A stretch of DNA of 64,000 nucleotides from Amoebidium appalachense (lineage: Eukaryota > Protista > Ichthyosporea). The notes under the pieces are model-generated. The model was not told where the DNA came from. It saw only the letters and a list, made by a program, of their open reading frames with translations, and did not search any database. The DNA is taken from NCBI GenBank assembly GCA_963693365.1, contig CAVNZM010000006.1, positions 3,534,001-3,598,000 on the forward strand, given 5' to 3'. Numbering within the stretch: position 1 is the first letter of the stretch; every line of letters begins with the position of its first letter. This document shows positions 39,325 to 51,648 of this stretch, in pieces. Made by a program: the position numbers and the translations under genes.

Positions 39325-39790
39325 TTTGCCTCGAGTAAACAGCGTAAACCCCCGCATATATATACGCGCTGCGCCTGCATATGCGCATGCATGCGGGATA
39401 GACGTCTATTCACTCATCCCACGCGTAGCGAATATCACCCAAGCTTCAAGTGTGCTGTCGCATGTACCCCTGGGATTGTGCGGCTGTCACAAAAGCCCGT
39501 GTTACACGTCCCGAATTTCGCTCCCCCCCGGCCTTTTTCAAACATGATATGATACGCACACCACCAAGAATGCCACGGTGGCACATTGTTCATGCGGTGT
39601 GGATACAATCAATGGTGATGTGCCTAGCTACTGCTGCAGAGTCTTTGCCTGTGTCGGTGAGTTGCCCACGCACACGCGCGCGTGTGTTTTCTGTGACATG
39701 TTTGTGTGTGTGTACCGGCGTGTGTGTGTGTTCAAGGTGTGACATTGTGGCGTGCGGTCTACGTGTAGGCCTAGGGCACTGGAGACTGCT
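39325..39790. repeat. Inverted copy of the dispersed repeat family
   Basis: Reverse-complement match to 30860-31110. 39325-39353 (TTTGCCTCGAGTAAACAGCGTAAACCCCC) also matches the reverse complement of 9408-9436 in a PPR-gene intron. Confidence 0.65.
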
Positions 39791-40307
39791 AGAAGTGGGG
39801 GGGAGGGGGGCACTACGGGGAAAGCCTAGAGAGAGACTCACTCACCCGTTCCCTCCACCAGTGCTGCCCCTCCTTCTCCCCCCACCGCCGCTCCGCCCCC
39901 CCCCCCCCCCCCCCTCCCCCCCGCTCTCAAGCGGATCCCCCCCCCCCCCCCCCCCCCACTAGTACTGCCCCCCCCCCCCCCCCGCACCCCCCCCCCCCCC
40001 CCCTCCCCCCTTCCCCCCAGGAAGGCCTAAACATGGAATGGATCTAGATGCTCAGAGTCGACGGCCACCAGGTGCAGGTGCCACGTGTATCACGACCAGT
40101 GGCACGCGACTTAAATCGCAGGCAATACACACACTGTGCACCACTGTGTCCCGTTCAAAGACACACATGCACATACACACACAGCCGTGACACCACACAT
40201 GTGACTTAGGCTAGTACACGTGCACAGGCACATACTATCTCAGATCATGATAACTGTATTACAAACGTGCACATGCATCCACCCTGTACAATCACATGCT
40301 ATGCACC

Positions 40308-40364
<57 letters not shown>

Positions 40365-40419
40365 ACACTGCACACACACACCATGTACACGGCGCACGCA
40401 CACACACCCCGTGGCACGT

Positions 40420-40454
<35 letters not shown>

Positions 40455-41150
40455 CAAGAAACCGTTGGTACAAACACCCACACCCACACTGGCATGTACA
40501 CACACATACGCAGACACACACAACCTGCATACATACACGTCCACACTGCACACACACACACATCCATACGCACACTGTACATACATACGCACACACCATA
40601 ACCGTTGACACAAAACACACACACACATGCACACAATGTCATGCACACACACACACACAAACACACACACATACACACACACACATACACACACACACAC
40701 GTGCACATGTGCACACATGCACACAACATAGACACACACACAACCGATTACCGCTGACACAAACACACACACCCACACCTGTACACATACGCACAAACAC
40801 CCACACCGTGCATACATACCCACCACACACACACACACACACAATTGCAAAGAAAAATACACACTCACACACAAACACAAACACAACCACCCAACGTGAT
40901 TTTCTTCCCCCCCCCCCCCCCTCCCCCCCCCCCAAACATTCGATTTCTGCCTGAGCTTCCCATGTTGCTGCCTCAACTCACCTCCCCCCCCCCCCCCCCC
41001 CCCCCCCTCCCTCCCTCCCCTCCCCTCCCCCAGAACGTTTTAAATAAAAACAAGGGACACTACTTTACGGGTACTAGGTGCTGGTGTGTTGTAAGAGATC
41101 CAATTTATTTGAAAGGGTTGGCAATATACACATTGTGCACCCTGTTCCAG

Positions 41151-42080
41151 TCAAAAGCCAGGAAATCTGCCAGAGCCTTCTTTTGGGCTGCTGCCTCGGC
41201 CACCTGGCCCATGGGCCTTTTCCAGCTGCTCCTTGGCCCCTTCTACAGTCAACCCTTTCAGTTTGCCCTCTTTAACTAATTTCTTAGCCATTTCTTTCTG
41301 AAACTTAAGCTCAGCTTTCACGTGCTTCACATCTACCTCTATATCCGGCCCATTCACGGCTATCATGAGCTGATTGTGCACTGTCTGTGTTGTCATACGT
41401 GCTGTGAGAGAAGTCTTAATGATATTCAAACCAGGGAAGCCACGTTCACTTGTTGCATTACTAATTGGGATTGTTCTCACAATGTTAACCAACTCAACTG
41501 AAGTACAGCAGCACAATATGATTGCAAAATTTCTATCTTACAGAGCTGCAGCCCATGCCTCGTTCAGAGACCTATATCCAACAGGTACATTTTCTACTTT
41601 AACCTCAAGGAGATGCCGGTGCTCAAAGATAATTTGTTTGGCACTGCGCGTGGCCACTGATCTATCACATCTTCGGCGGCAAGTGGGGGTATATAATTCG
41701 TTCCGCCCACTGTTTTAACAGACCCATAGAACTCAGCGAGCACTCTAATGTCGTTTCCGTATGCTTCGAGACTGCTTTTGGTTATGGGGAACTTCGATGG
41801 AACAAACACGTCCATAGCCTCAGTGCACTCGTCCGAGGGGAATCGGTTTTGCAAGTTATCAATGAGTGCTTGCACGTATTTGTACATGTGATCCGAGACA
41901 ACCGAGTAAACATCCTGCATCGTTTGCATGGGAGGTATGTGCATCGGGTGTTCAAGTTCTTTGTACACTACTTTGTTTTGGCAAATGGTAGCCTTGCAAA
42001 ACGTCATAAGGTTGGCACCCCCCTCCGTTCCGTACGTGGTATTGCGACCAAAATACTGTTCTTCGAGCTTCAAATAAAAG
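41151..42080 (-). mobile_element. hAT-superfamily transposase remnant (C-terminal half with dimerisation domain)
   Basis: [14 protein letters not shown]...[13 protein letters not shown], then after a frameshift IPISNATSERGFPGLNIIKTSLTARMTTQTVHNQLMIAVNGP, the hAT P-x-S-x-A-x-x-ER-x-F dimerisation motif. Confidence 0.8.
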
Positions 42081-42239
42081 AAAATGCGTGCACTGGGAAA
42101 AAATAAGGCCACGGACACAGTGACACACACAGGAACTAGATACATATGCACACATAGTATATATATCCTCATATACACTGGCACCGCCGCACATATGTGT
42201 GAGAGGACGTGACCGTACGTATATACGTAGACAAAATGT

Positions 42240-42267
42240 ATATATATATATATATATATATCATCAT

Positions 42268-42335
<68 letters not shown>

Positions 42336-42361
42336 TATATATATATACTAATATATATATA
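42240..42361. repeat. (TA)n microsatellite with CAT interruptions
   Basis: Read directly from the sequence. Confidence 0.95.
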
Positions 42362-42857
42362 TTGTGCGTTACATGATGCACTTCGTATTTCCCTTTTATT
42401 CCTTCAAAGCTTCAACTGCCAACACCAGGAAGGCCTCTAATAACCACAGGGGTTTTTGAGCATGCATTATAATTACATCTAGATGCAATATTGGCACAAA
42501 TAAGCATGCCCTAGTTTACTAATGCGCGACGATTACGATTTTTGGTGGGCCCGCTCCGACGGAGCATTCCGATTTTCGAAGAAGTTTTCCGAAACGGGAT
42601 TTCGACTTCCGTTAATGGGCTCCACCGTCCTTCGAACCCTGGATCGGGATTATGTACTAGCCAATAGGAAGACAGTTATGGTTCCTAGCGTATGTGTGCG
42701 GCCCCAAGAGTACGAGGGGGCGGGATAGGCACTGGGAAGAGCAGGAATAAACAGATAGACTATTCTATCATAACAAGGGGGGGGACAGGGACCCGTCCGT
42801 CCAAAGGGGGTGGTGGGGGGCCCCTTTCTTTCAAAGCTACTCTCCCCCCTCCCCATT

Positions 42858-42888
<31 letters not shown>

Positions 42889-43752
42889 TTCCCCCCCCTC
42901 GAACTTCCTTTCAAAAAAAAGAAAAATAAAAATTTAAGAAGTTTTAACAAGCTATGCTTAACATTGCAAGACGGGTGCCATTTAACCGACCGGCGGATCA
43001 GTGACAAACATCACGTGCAACCCTTCCTCCTTGAAGTTCTGTATAGATAGGATTCTGGGTGCTGGTACCCCGAAAGGTGGGGGGGCTCTATGGGAAGGGT
43101 GGAGGAGGAGGGAGGTAGGGGGTGTTGGAGTACACTGGTACTCCCGGCTAGCAATGTCTGTTAGAGAAAGTTTCTGAGCAATGGAATAATTGTTTCAACA
43201 CTCACTCGAGTGCATAGAGCTTTTGTTTACGGTCATATTCATATATGGTAGTTATATGTTTGAGCCAAAACTGTACCAATGACGAGCTTCACTAGCAACG
43301 TGCTAATTGTGCTCATTAATTAATATTCCCGGTTCAGATGATGTCATGTCTATATTTGCCACAGGATTCTATTCTTAGAGTGGTAGTGTGCTTTATTCCC
43401 GGATATTCTCAGAATATTTTTAGTTGTGTGAAGTAAGATTTACGTTTAACTGCAATTGGTGTGTTAAACACGTTTATTTGTGTGCTTTAGTACAAGTTAA
43501 CTAGCCACTCAACGTGCACAGTTTAACGTTTATATCTTTAACGACTTGTTTTCATTGTGCTCTCTTTTCGGCCATGCTGTACATGGCCCACCACCAGGGT
43601 GCACACGAGGCCACCATGAGGTGGCCAACGACTATATAAAGCAGTGCCTCCCATGTCACAAACATGGGAAGCAGAACGTTTGATTTACACTTTTCTACTG
43701 TCGTTTTCAGTGCACAAAACACATAGACTAGTTACCCATCATACACGACACT

Positions 43753-44772
43753 ATGTCTGACAACTTACAGTTGCAGCAACTAGTCCAACTACTGGAGCAG
43801 AGGTTGGCCTCACAAGATGCAATCATTTCTGACTTACAGAAGGAACAACGTGCACTAGCACTAGCTTCTATGAACACAATGTCCAACAGGGTTATGGGCC
43901 CCTCACGTAATGATTCCATCAAGTTCAAGGTCGACATCCCTCTCTTCACTGGCATTGATAATGATTCAGGCACGGACTACCACACATGGGCCGAAACCAT
44001 GTATGTCCAGCTTTCTGGTGCTGGTCTTCTCCACACCATCGCGCCCAGTACGGAGCACCCGGCTACCCGTGAACAGGTCGACACGGCCCGTTCCTACCTG
44101 TGGCAAGCACTCTCGGTTGACGTGCGTTGTATCCTAGGGTTAACACGCACCACCACACCTGCGGAGATATGGTCGGCCCTATCTGCCCACTACCTGGAGC
44201 AATCTGAGGCCAATCAGTACGACCTTATCGGGCTGTACATGAATTCTACGCCTGAACCTACGGACACCGCGACGAAATACGCCATGAAGCTCCGCGGCTA
44301 CGTGCGGCGCCTGGCCGATTACGGCACACAAATTGGTGATGATCAAGTGCTGACCAAGCTCACCCACGACCTCGGCAAGGTGCCTTACTACGAAATGCCT
44401 GTCATTGCCGCCTACAAGATGACACCCAAGCCTACCGTGATGGGCCTCCTCCAACAGCTACGGGCATATGAGACCAGCCACCCACGTGCACGTGTGACTA
44501 CCAGCTCCGGGCCGGCCGCCTTCACCACACGGGCTCCTCAACCTGTCATCTGCCACGGCTGCGGCAAACCAGGCCACATCAAGTCTCAGTGCCCCAACGG
44601 CAACGGCCAACACAGCAACTCTGGCAACAACCGTGCCAGCACCTACCCCAAGGGTTCCTGTGTCAACCACCCACTGTCTACCAGTCACACTACCGCCATG
44701 TGCAAGGGGGGCAACCGTGCCAACGGCCGCAAACCTAAGGGTGGTCCCCTCCCGCCTGGGTCCTGCATCAAC
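43753..44772 (+). pseudogene. gag: Copia gag, starts inside the 5' LTR, interrupted at 44773 and resumes at 47472
   Basis: ORF with N-terminal coiled coil, UBN2-like region and CCHC knuckle CHGCGKPGHIKSQC. Removing 44773-47471 restores GSCIN|HPASTTHTTAQCKGG. Confidence 0.9.
43890..43901 (+). promoter_or_regulatory. Copia primer-binding site GGTTATGGGCCC (half-molecule tRNA-iMet priming)
   Basis: Lies 1 nt after the 5' LTR. Same motif as the PBS of copia/Ty5-type elements, which pairs with the tRNA-iMet anticodon arm. Confidence 0.9.
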
Positions 44773-47466
44773 TGTCGTGGCAACAAACAGTGTGTATATG
44801 AACTACTCTAACTATCTGCACGCTTAAAGGGGCTCGAAACCGTGTATACGTATAAACTTTTCTTTGAGTTGGGTGGGAAGCGAGTTTTTTGTGTTCTGAG
44901 AAGAACTTCCAAAAGCCCGCGACCCCGCGAGACACTTCACAGACACGCGGCCCACTGGCCAGACAAATACCACAGTGACATTCAGCCAATCACAACACTC
45001 CCTCCCCCACAGACTACACGCACTCCACACCATTGGCTACCGCGACCTCAGACACCCCTACAGCACTACAACACGTACACACGTTTACTCACAATACATA
45101 TAAGCATACACACACGCGAGCAGGCAACATGGGTCTCGCCACGCACACAGCAAGAAGCAATACAACATTTAACATGGAGAGTACGCAGAGGCATGGGGCA
45201 TGCACGCGCGCACCAAACAATCAGCCGCCGCTGCATCAGATTCTCCCCATACCACTGATTAATCTCCTCATACCCCATTTAGACCCCGGCATCACTATGC
45301 AAGAAAACCCCCGAAATTCACTCACCAAAACACAAAATATAGAAGCAAACTAATACGAATCAGCTCAGCACATGACAACTCCCCCCTCGCACAGAAAATA
45401 ACTGAGTTCCACCTCAGTAAAAACTACCTAAAAACAAAATAAAGTTATGTGCTGAGCGACTACAACTACCGCTACCCATGCAGGAAGCAACATTTAACAT
45501 TTAACATATAACATAAAACATATACATGCATCCACACACCACCCCACCATGGTTAATACCCAACCCAACCCCAAAACAAGGATAATTATGAACCGCCACT
45601 GACGTTGCCCTGTAGATGCACCTCTGCCCCCGTCCACAACCTGCACCCAAAACCCCATGCCCCTGGCACAATGTTATATCGAGTGGAACATAGCAACAGA
45701 CATGATAACAGACACCATCCATAAAACCACACTCAGCATGCCCCATCCACAAAGAATATTCCTAACACAACCAAACATGCCGTGACGAACACCTCCAGAC
45801 TCATGTGACGTACACCTCCAGACTCTCTTGCTGGCCATTCCTCTACCCGACAAAGACTCCTACTACGTAGGTCCCGGTGGTTTGGGAATGCCTCCGCCCC
45901 AACCGTGCCCTACCCAGCGGTGTGTCTAAGGCCTACTGCTGCACTGGGCACCACAACACTACTCAACAACACTACGGGCAGCCACTCCAAAGGGCCTCAA
46001 CACCAGGCCCAGGGCAGCCACTCCAAGGGGCCTCAGCACCAGGCCCTTTGACGACGGGGGTTCACAACAGTGGGGGCCTGCCACTGCCATGACTACACCT
46101 CGACCCCCCCCCAGCCCCCTCGTCAGAGGGCCGAGCTCCCAGACAGCAGCAGGACTTTCTATTCCACTGACCCTAACCACACACGTCGCCAACACAGGAC
46201 TCATACACACGTCGAAAACGCCAGGCACCAGTAGAAAACTCAGCGAAAAAAACACACCACACAACTCCCATACAACAACAACTTGAACAACCCAAGAGAC
46301 GGCCTACCCCCTAATAAAACCTTCATACCAGCAACACGGTCACCGACGTCCCTGCCCCCCGGGGCTGTTTACACCACGCGTTGCCCCCGCTCCTTGCAGT
46401 TGTCGCAGGTGCCTGGGAAAGAGCCTGGCGCCGGCTCTTGCTGTCCCGCCCAAAGACGCCAGCCTGGCCCATCTGTTATCCCGTTGTGGCCGTGGCTGGT
46501 AGGACTGGTAGCGCCGTGGGGAGGGTGACCGCCGCCGGTCCCCTCTGAGCCCTCTGCTGGACAAACGGCCCTGAGCTTGCTAAGTCACCTAGGGAGGTCA
46601 AGGTCCTTAGCGAGGACTAAGTCCCCTGTGATACTAGTCCTACTGCTCAAGTTGCCTATGCCAACTGTTGCTAGCTGTAGGCCTGTGTGTGCGTATGTTT
46701 CTTCTACCTCTAACTGTCGAAAAAGTCCTAAGTCAAAGCCACTCATAACCGCTAGGCGTGAAAGAAAAAAAAAAACTAGGGGTGAAAGCAACAGCCCAGA
46801 AGGACTAACAGTGCGTGTGCCCCCTCCCTGCAAAAAACTGCAGAGAAAGGGGGGTGTAGCTTGTCGTGGCAACAAACAGTGTGTATATGAACTACTCTAA
46901 CTATCTGCACGCTTAAAGGGGCTCGAAACCGTGTATACGTATAAACTTTTCTTTGAGTTGGGTGGGAAGCGAGTTTTTTGTGTTCTGAGAAGAACTTCCA
47001 AAAGCCCGCGACGCCGCGAGACACTTCACAGACACGCGGCCCACTGGCCAGACAAATACCACAGTGACATTCAGCCAATCACAACACTCCCTCCCCCACA
47101 GACTACACGCACTCCACACCATTGGCTACCGCGACCTCAGACACCCCTACAGCACTACAACACGTACACACGTTTACTCACAATACATATAAGCATACAC
47201 ACACGCGAGCAGGCAACATGGGTCTCGCCACGCACACAGCAAGAAGCAATACAACATTTAACATGGAGAGTACGCAGAGGCATGGGGCATGCACGCGCGC
47301 ACCAAACAATCAGCCGCCGCTGCATCAGATTCTCCCCATACCACTGATTAATCTCCTCATACCCCATTTAGACCCCGGCATCACTATGCAAGAAAACCCC
47401 CGAAATTCACTCACCAAAACACAAAATATAGAAGCAAACTAATACGAATCAGCTCAGCACATGACA
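44773..47466 (-). mobile_element. Nested non-autonomous LTR element (605-bp LTRs, 1484-bp pol-less interior with gag remnant), TSD TCAAC
   Basis: LTRs at 44773-45377 and 46862-47466, one difference seen by eye. TCAAC at 44768-44772 and 47467-47471. On the minus strand: [14 protein letters not shown] (45388-45378) abuts the 3' LTR, an ATG lies at 46746, and there is a degenerate knuckle FPGTCDNCKERGQ (~46420-46380). A 36-bp tandem duplication lies at ~45976-46046. Confidence 0.93.
46850..46861 (-). promoter_or_regulatory. Non-canonical PBS AGCTACACCCCC of the nested LTR element
   Basis: Directly follows the 5' LTR on the element strand and has no TGG. The same 12-mer follows the LTR at 48454-48465. 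Confidence 0.75.
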
Positions 47467-47471
47467 TCAAC

Positions 47472-50400
47472 CACCCTGCCTCTACTACCCACACTACGGC
47501 ACAGTGCAAGGGGGGGGCTGCCGCTCCCCGGGCTTTCCTCATGTCTAGCAACGACTGTGGCACCAACAAGGTGCTCCTCGACTCTGGAGCCACTGACCAT
47601 GTGTGCCCCCGGCCCGATGTGTTCGTCAACATACGTGCGGCGCCTTACTCCACGGTCCAAGTAGCCGACAAGGGTGCATGTGCAGTGCTTGGGGTGGGCG
47701 ACGTGTTCTTTTCCAGCACCATCGACGGCGTTACTGCGGTGCATCAGCTGACGGATGTACTCTACGTGCCCTCCATCCCCGACACTCTCATCAGTGTGTT
47801 CACGGCATCTACCAACGGCGTTTTACCCCGCTTTGACACCCGCGGCGGTGTCATGTGCTGAGCTGATTCGTATTAGTTTGCTTCTATATTTTGTGTTTTG
47901 GTGAGTGAATTTCGGGGGGTTTCTTGCATAGTGATGCCGGGGTCTAAGTGGGGTATGAGGAGATTAATCAGTGGTATGGGGAGAACCTGATGCGGCGGCG
48001 GCTGATTGTTAAAGGTGCGCGCGTGCATGCACCATGCCTCTGCGTACTCTCCATGTTAAATGTTGTATTGCTTCTTGCTGTGTGCGTGGCGAGACCCATG
48101 TTGCCTGCTCGCGTGTGTGTATGCTTATATGTATTGTGAGTAAACGTGTGTACGTGTTGTAGTGCTGTAGGGGTGTCTGAGGTCGCGGTAGCCAATGGTG
48201 TGGAGTGCGTGTAGTCTGTGGGGGAGGGAGTGTTGTGATTGGCTGGATGTCACTGTGGTATTTGTCTGGCCAGTGGGCCGCGTGTCTGTGAAGTGTCTCG
48301 CGGGGTCGCGGGCTTTTCGAAGTTCTTCTAAGAACACGAAAAGAACTCGCTTCCCACCCAACTCAAAGAAAAGTTTATACGTATACACGGTTTCGAGCCC
48401 CTTTAAGCGTGCAGATAGAGTAGTTTGTATACACTCTGTTTGTAGGTACGACAAGCTACACCCCCGAAATTCACTCACCAAAACACAAAATATAGAAGCA
48501 AACTAATACGAATCAGCTCAGCACATGACAGGCGGCGTTAAGTTGTGCTACGGCGATCAAGTTCTGGCCACCGGCTCGGCTGTCGGTACCAAGCTGTACC
48601 ACATGGCGGTGTCTCTTCTGCGCGCGGACACAACCCCGGACGCCCACACCACCACTGCTCCGCGTATCCTCAAGGTTACTGCCGACCTCAACACGTGGCA
48701 CTACCGTCTGGGCCATGCTGGCATTGACGCTGTACGCTCGGTCATCAAGTCTGCAGGCCTGTTGGTGGGTGGCGGTGCCAAGTCTCCGGGTGTGTGTGAG
48801 CCCTGTGCCCTCGGCAAAGCCCACCGTGTTGCCTTCTCCGAATCAACCAGCCAAGCTCCCCGGGTCCTAGCCAAGGTTCACAGCGACATAGCGGCCCCTT
48901 CCCTCCAGCGATCGGTGGTGCTCAGTACTTGGCGACGTTCCACGACGGTTTCACCGGCCACACCACGGCCGTGCCCCTCGTCAAGAAGTCGGACACACTG
49001 GCTGCATATGTGACGTACCACAAGGCGGCGGTTACCCAACACGGTGTTCCCATGCAGGTGTTTCAGTCCGACGGGGGGGGCGAGTACATGGGCACGGCCT
49101 TCGGGGACTACAACCGTGAGCACGGCATTCGCCATCAGATCACTACCACCGGCTCTCCTCAACAGAATGGGACTGCCGAACGACTGAACCGGACCCTCAG
49201 CCTCGACATGGTTCGGGCACTCCTGCAGCAGTCCGGCCTTCCAGTGGGATTCTGGGCCGAGGCAGCTGTGACCGCGGCTTTTATACGCAACATGCTCCCG
49301 TCGCGAGCCACGGGCAGCCAATCGTCTCCCGCCCTGCTGTGGACCGGCATTCCTCCCGACTACAGCCGGCTCCGTGTCTGGGGCTCTCCCTGCTACGTCC
49401 ATCAACAGGATACACCGAAACTGGCGCCTCGTGCCGTCAAGGGCATCTTCGTGGGCTACCCTCCTAACATCAAGGGCTACAAGGTCTGGATTCCAGCAGC
49501 ACACAAGATGGTCGTCAGCCGTGACGTGCAGTTCGACGAGCTGCTATTCTGCACCCCCTCCGTGATGTCCCATCTGATTGGTCGCCCGCACCGGCAATTC
49601 ATCAATTTCTGGAGTCATCTGATTCGTCAAATCAGCCAGCCAATCACATCGTCCGGAATGATCAGCAATCTGATTCGTCTCGTCTGTCAGCCAATGGGAC
49701 AGCGCCGAGTGATCAATTGGACATTCAGATCCTGCCCGAGCCTGCACATCGGCTCCCCCGGACGACCCGTAGTGGCGCTGTGTACAACGACCAACGTCGA
49801 GGCCCGACTGCCAACGTGGCTGCTGCTACGGCCCCCCTTGCCCCCCAGGCTACGGCTCCTGCATCAACACCCATCAAGGCTTCCACCATTGTTGTCCCCA
49901 AGACTGTCCGGCCTGCACTCAAGAGTCCCCAGCGTCTGAAATGGGAGGAGGCTGCACACCGTGAGCTCAAGGCCCTGGAAGACAACGGCACCTTCAAGAA
50001 GTTCACCCTTGTGCCCCGTCCAGAGGATGGCTCCACTGTCATTCCGGTCGGCTGGGTCTTTACGGTCAAGCAGGACAACGTCGGCAACGTCACTGCTTTC
50101 AAGGCCCGGCTTGTGGCCCGGGGCAACTACCAGCAGCCTGGCCAGGACTATTTCGTCACCGAGTCACCTGTGGCTGCGCTGGCTACCATCCGGCTGGTTT
50201 TGGCTACCTCCGTGGCCCAAGGTCTGCCTCTGCGCCACATCGACGTCAACACAGCATTCCTCAACGGCACCGTCAACGAGACCATCTACATTGAGCAGCC
50301 CCCTGGCTTCGTCAACCCCTCGGCCCCCCATGCTGTCGGCTTGCTCCACAAGGCGCTCTACGGCCTAAAACAGGCACCGCGCCAGTGGTATGAGGCCCTC

Positions 50401-51469
50401 CGTGACCATCTCCTCGACCAAGGCTTCATTGTGAGTGCTGCTGACCCGTGCCTGTTCATCAAGAATGCCGGGACCCCAACGTTTATTGCCCTTGCTGCCT
50501 ACGTGGATGACTTCACTGTGACGGCCGCCACTGATGCGCTCATCGACGATTTTTTCACCAAGCTGGATGCTCGTTTCTCTGCCAAGGACCTGGGTCGTCC
50601 TACCCTGCTTGTCCTACCCTGCTCATCGGGCACACTCTTACCTGGCTGGAGGACGGGTCTCTGCGTCTGGGCCATCGTCAACACATCATCGACTTGGCTG
50701 CCCGTTTTCGTCTCACCCACATGTCCGGCACCAAGACCCCCATCGTCCCGGGCCAGGCCAGTGAAAGCAACAAGACCCCAGCCTACAGCAAGAAGGAGGA
50801 CTATGCCAGCCTGGTCGGTGCCCTGCTGTGGATTGCGCGTACCACCCGCCCCGACATTTCCCAGGCTCTGGGAGTCCTTACTCGACACATTCATGCGCCC
50901 ACCGTCACCCACTGGACTATGGCTACCAGAGTTGTAAGCTACTACCTGCTGGCCACCATCGACCTGGGTATTGTCTACCGTCCCGGCCCCCCCCCACCCT
51001 TGTTGGCTACTCCGACTCCGACTACGCCGAGGACCGCGACACCCGGCGCTCCACCACGGGCTATGTCTTCTTCATCAACACCTCCCCTGTGTCCTGGGTG
51101 TCTCGGCTCCAGTCCATCACCACCCACAGCTCCACCGAGGCTGAATTTGTGGCTATGTCTGCTGCTACGAACGAGGCCCTATGGCTCAACTATGTGATGG
51201 ACGACCTGGGCCTTAATCCTATCGATGAGCCCACCCCGGTGCCCATCCATGGGGACAATGAGTCTGCCCGGGCCCTGCTGGACACCCTGGGGGTTAAGCC
51301 CAAGACCAAGCACATTGACGTCCGCTACTGCTCCGTCAAGGAACATCACCTGCTGGGCAACATCACTGTGGTCCCGGTGGCTTCTGCTGACAACAAGGCC
51401 GACATGTTCACCAAGGCCCTGTCTGCCTCTTTCTTCACCAAGGCCGTGGGGATGCTCAACATGTGCTGA
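47472..51469 (+). pseudogene. pol: Copia pol (PR-IN-RT-RNase H), interrupted at 47849-48535 and frameshifted
   Basis: ORF pieces 47541.., 48525.., 48929.., 49717.., 50694.. and 50828..51469 carry successive copia motifs in different frames. Confidence 0.92.
47849..48530 (+). mobile_element. LTR-derived element with 70-bp terminal inverted repeats (LTR + PBS + inverted U3 end), TSD GGCGG
   Basis: 47849-48453 is one 605-bp LTR of the nested family, slightly divergent. 48454-48465 is the PBS. 48461-48530 is the exact reverse complement of 47849-47918. GGCGG lies at 47844-47848 and 48531-48535. Removing the insert restores the copia protease frame. Confidence 0.92.
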
Positions 51470-51648
51470 GCACCCGTCATCAACCAACTGCGCCCTCATA
51501 CTTCAGGGGACAGGGGAGAGAGTTGCATCCGACTGTGCAACTACTACGTGTACCATACTAAAATTGAGTAGGGGAATCTTTATTGTCTGTATTTTGTGCA
51601 CCTGAAGCACTCGAGCTCAGTTGCATTAATTCATACCACAATCATCCA

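Noticed and set aside
46842-46854. AGAGAAAGGGGGG as a plus-strand PPT, which would reverse the nested element's orientation
   Set aside because: It is 7 nt away from the LTR, whereas the minus-strand tract abuts the other LTR, and the gag remnant is on the minus strand.
44842-48506. Repeated ORFs (138, 106, 70 aa etc.) in the nested LTRs
   Set aside because: They recur only because the LTR is repeated, show no protein motifs, and are disrupted in the third LTR copy.
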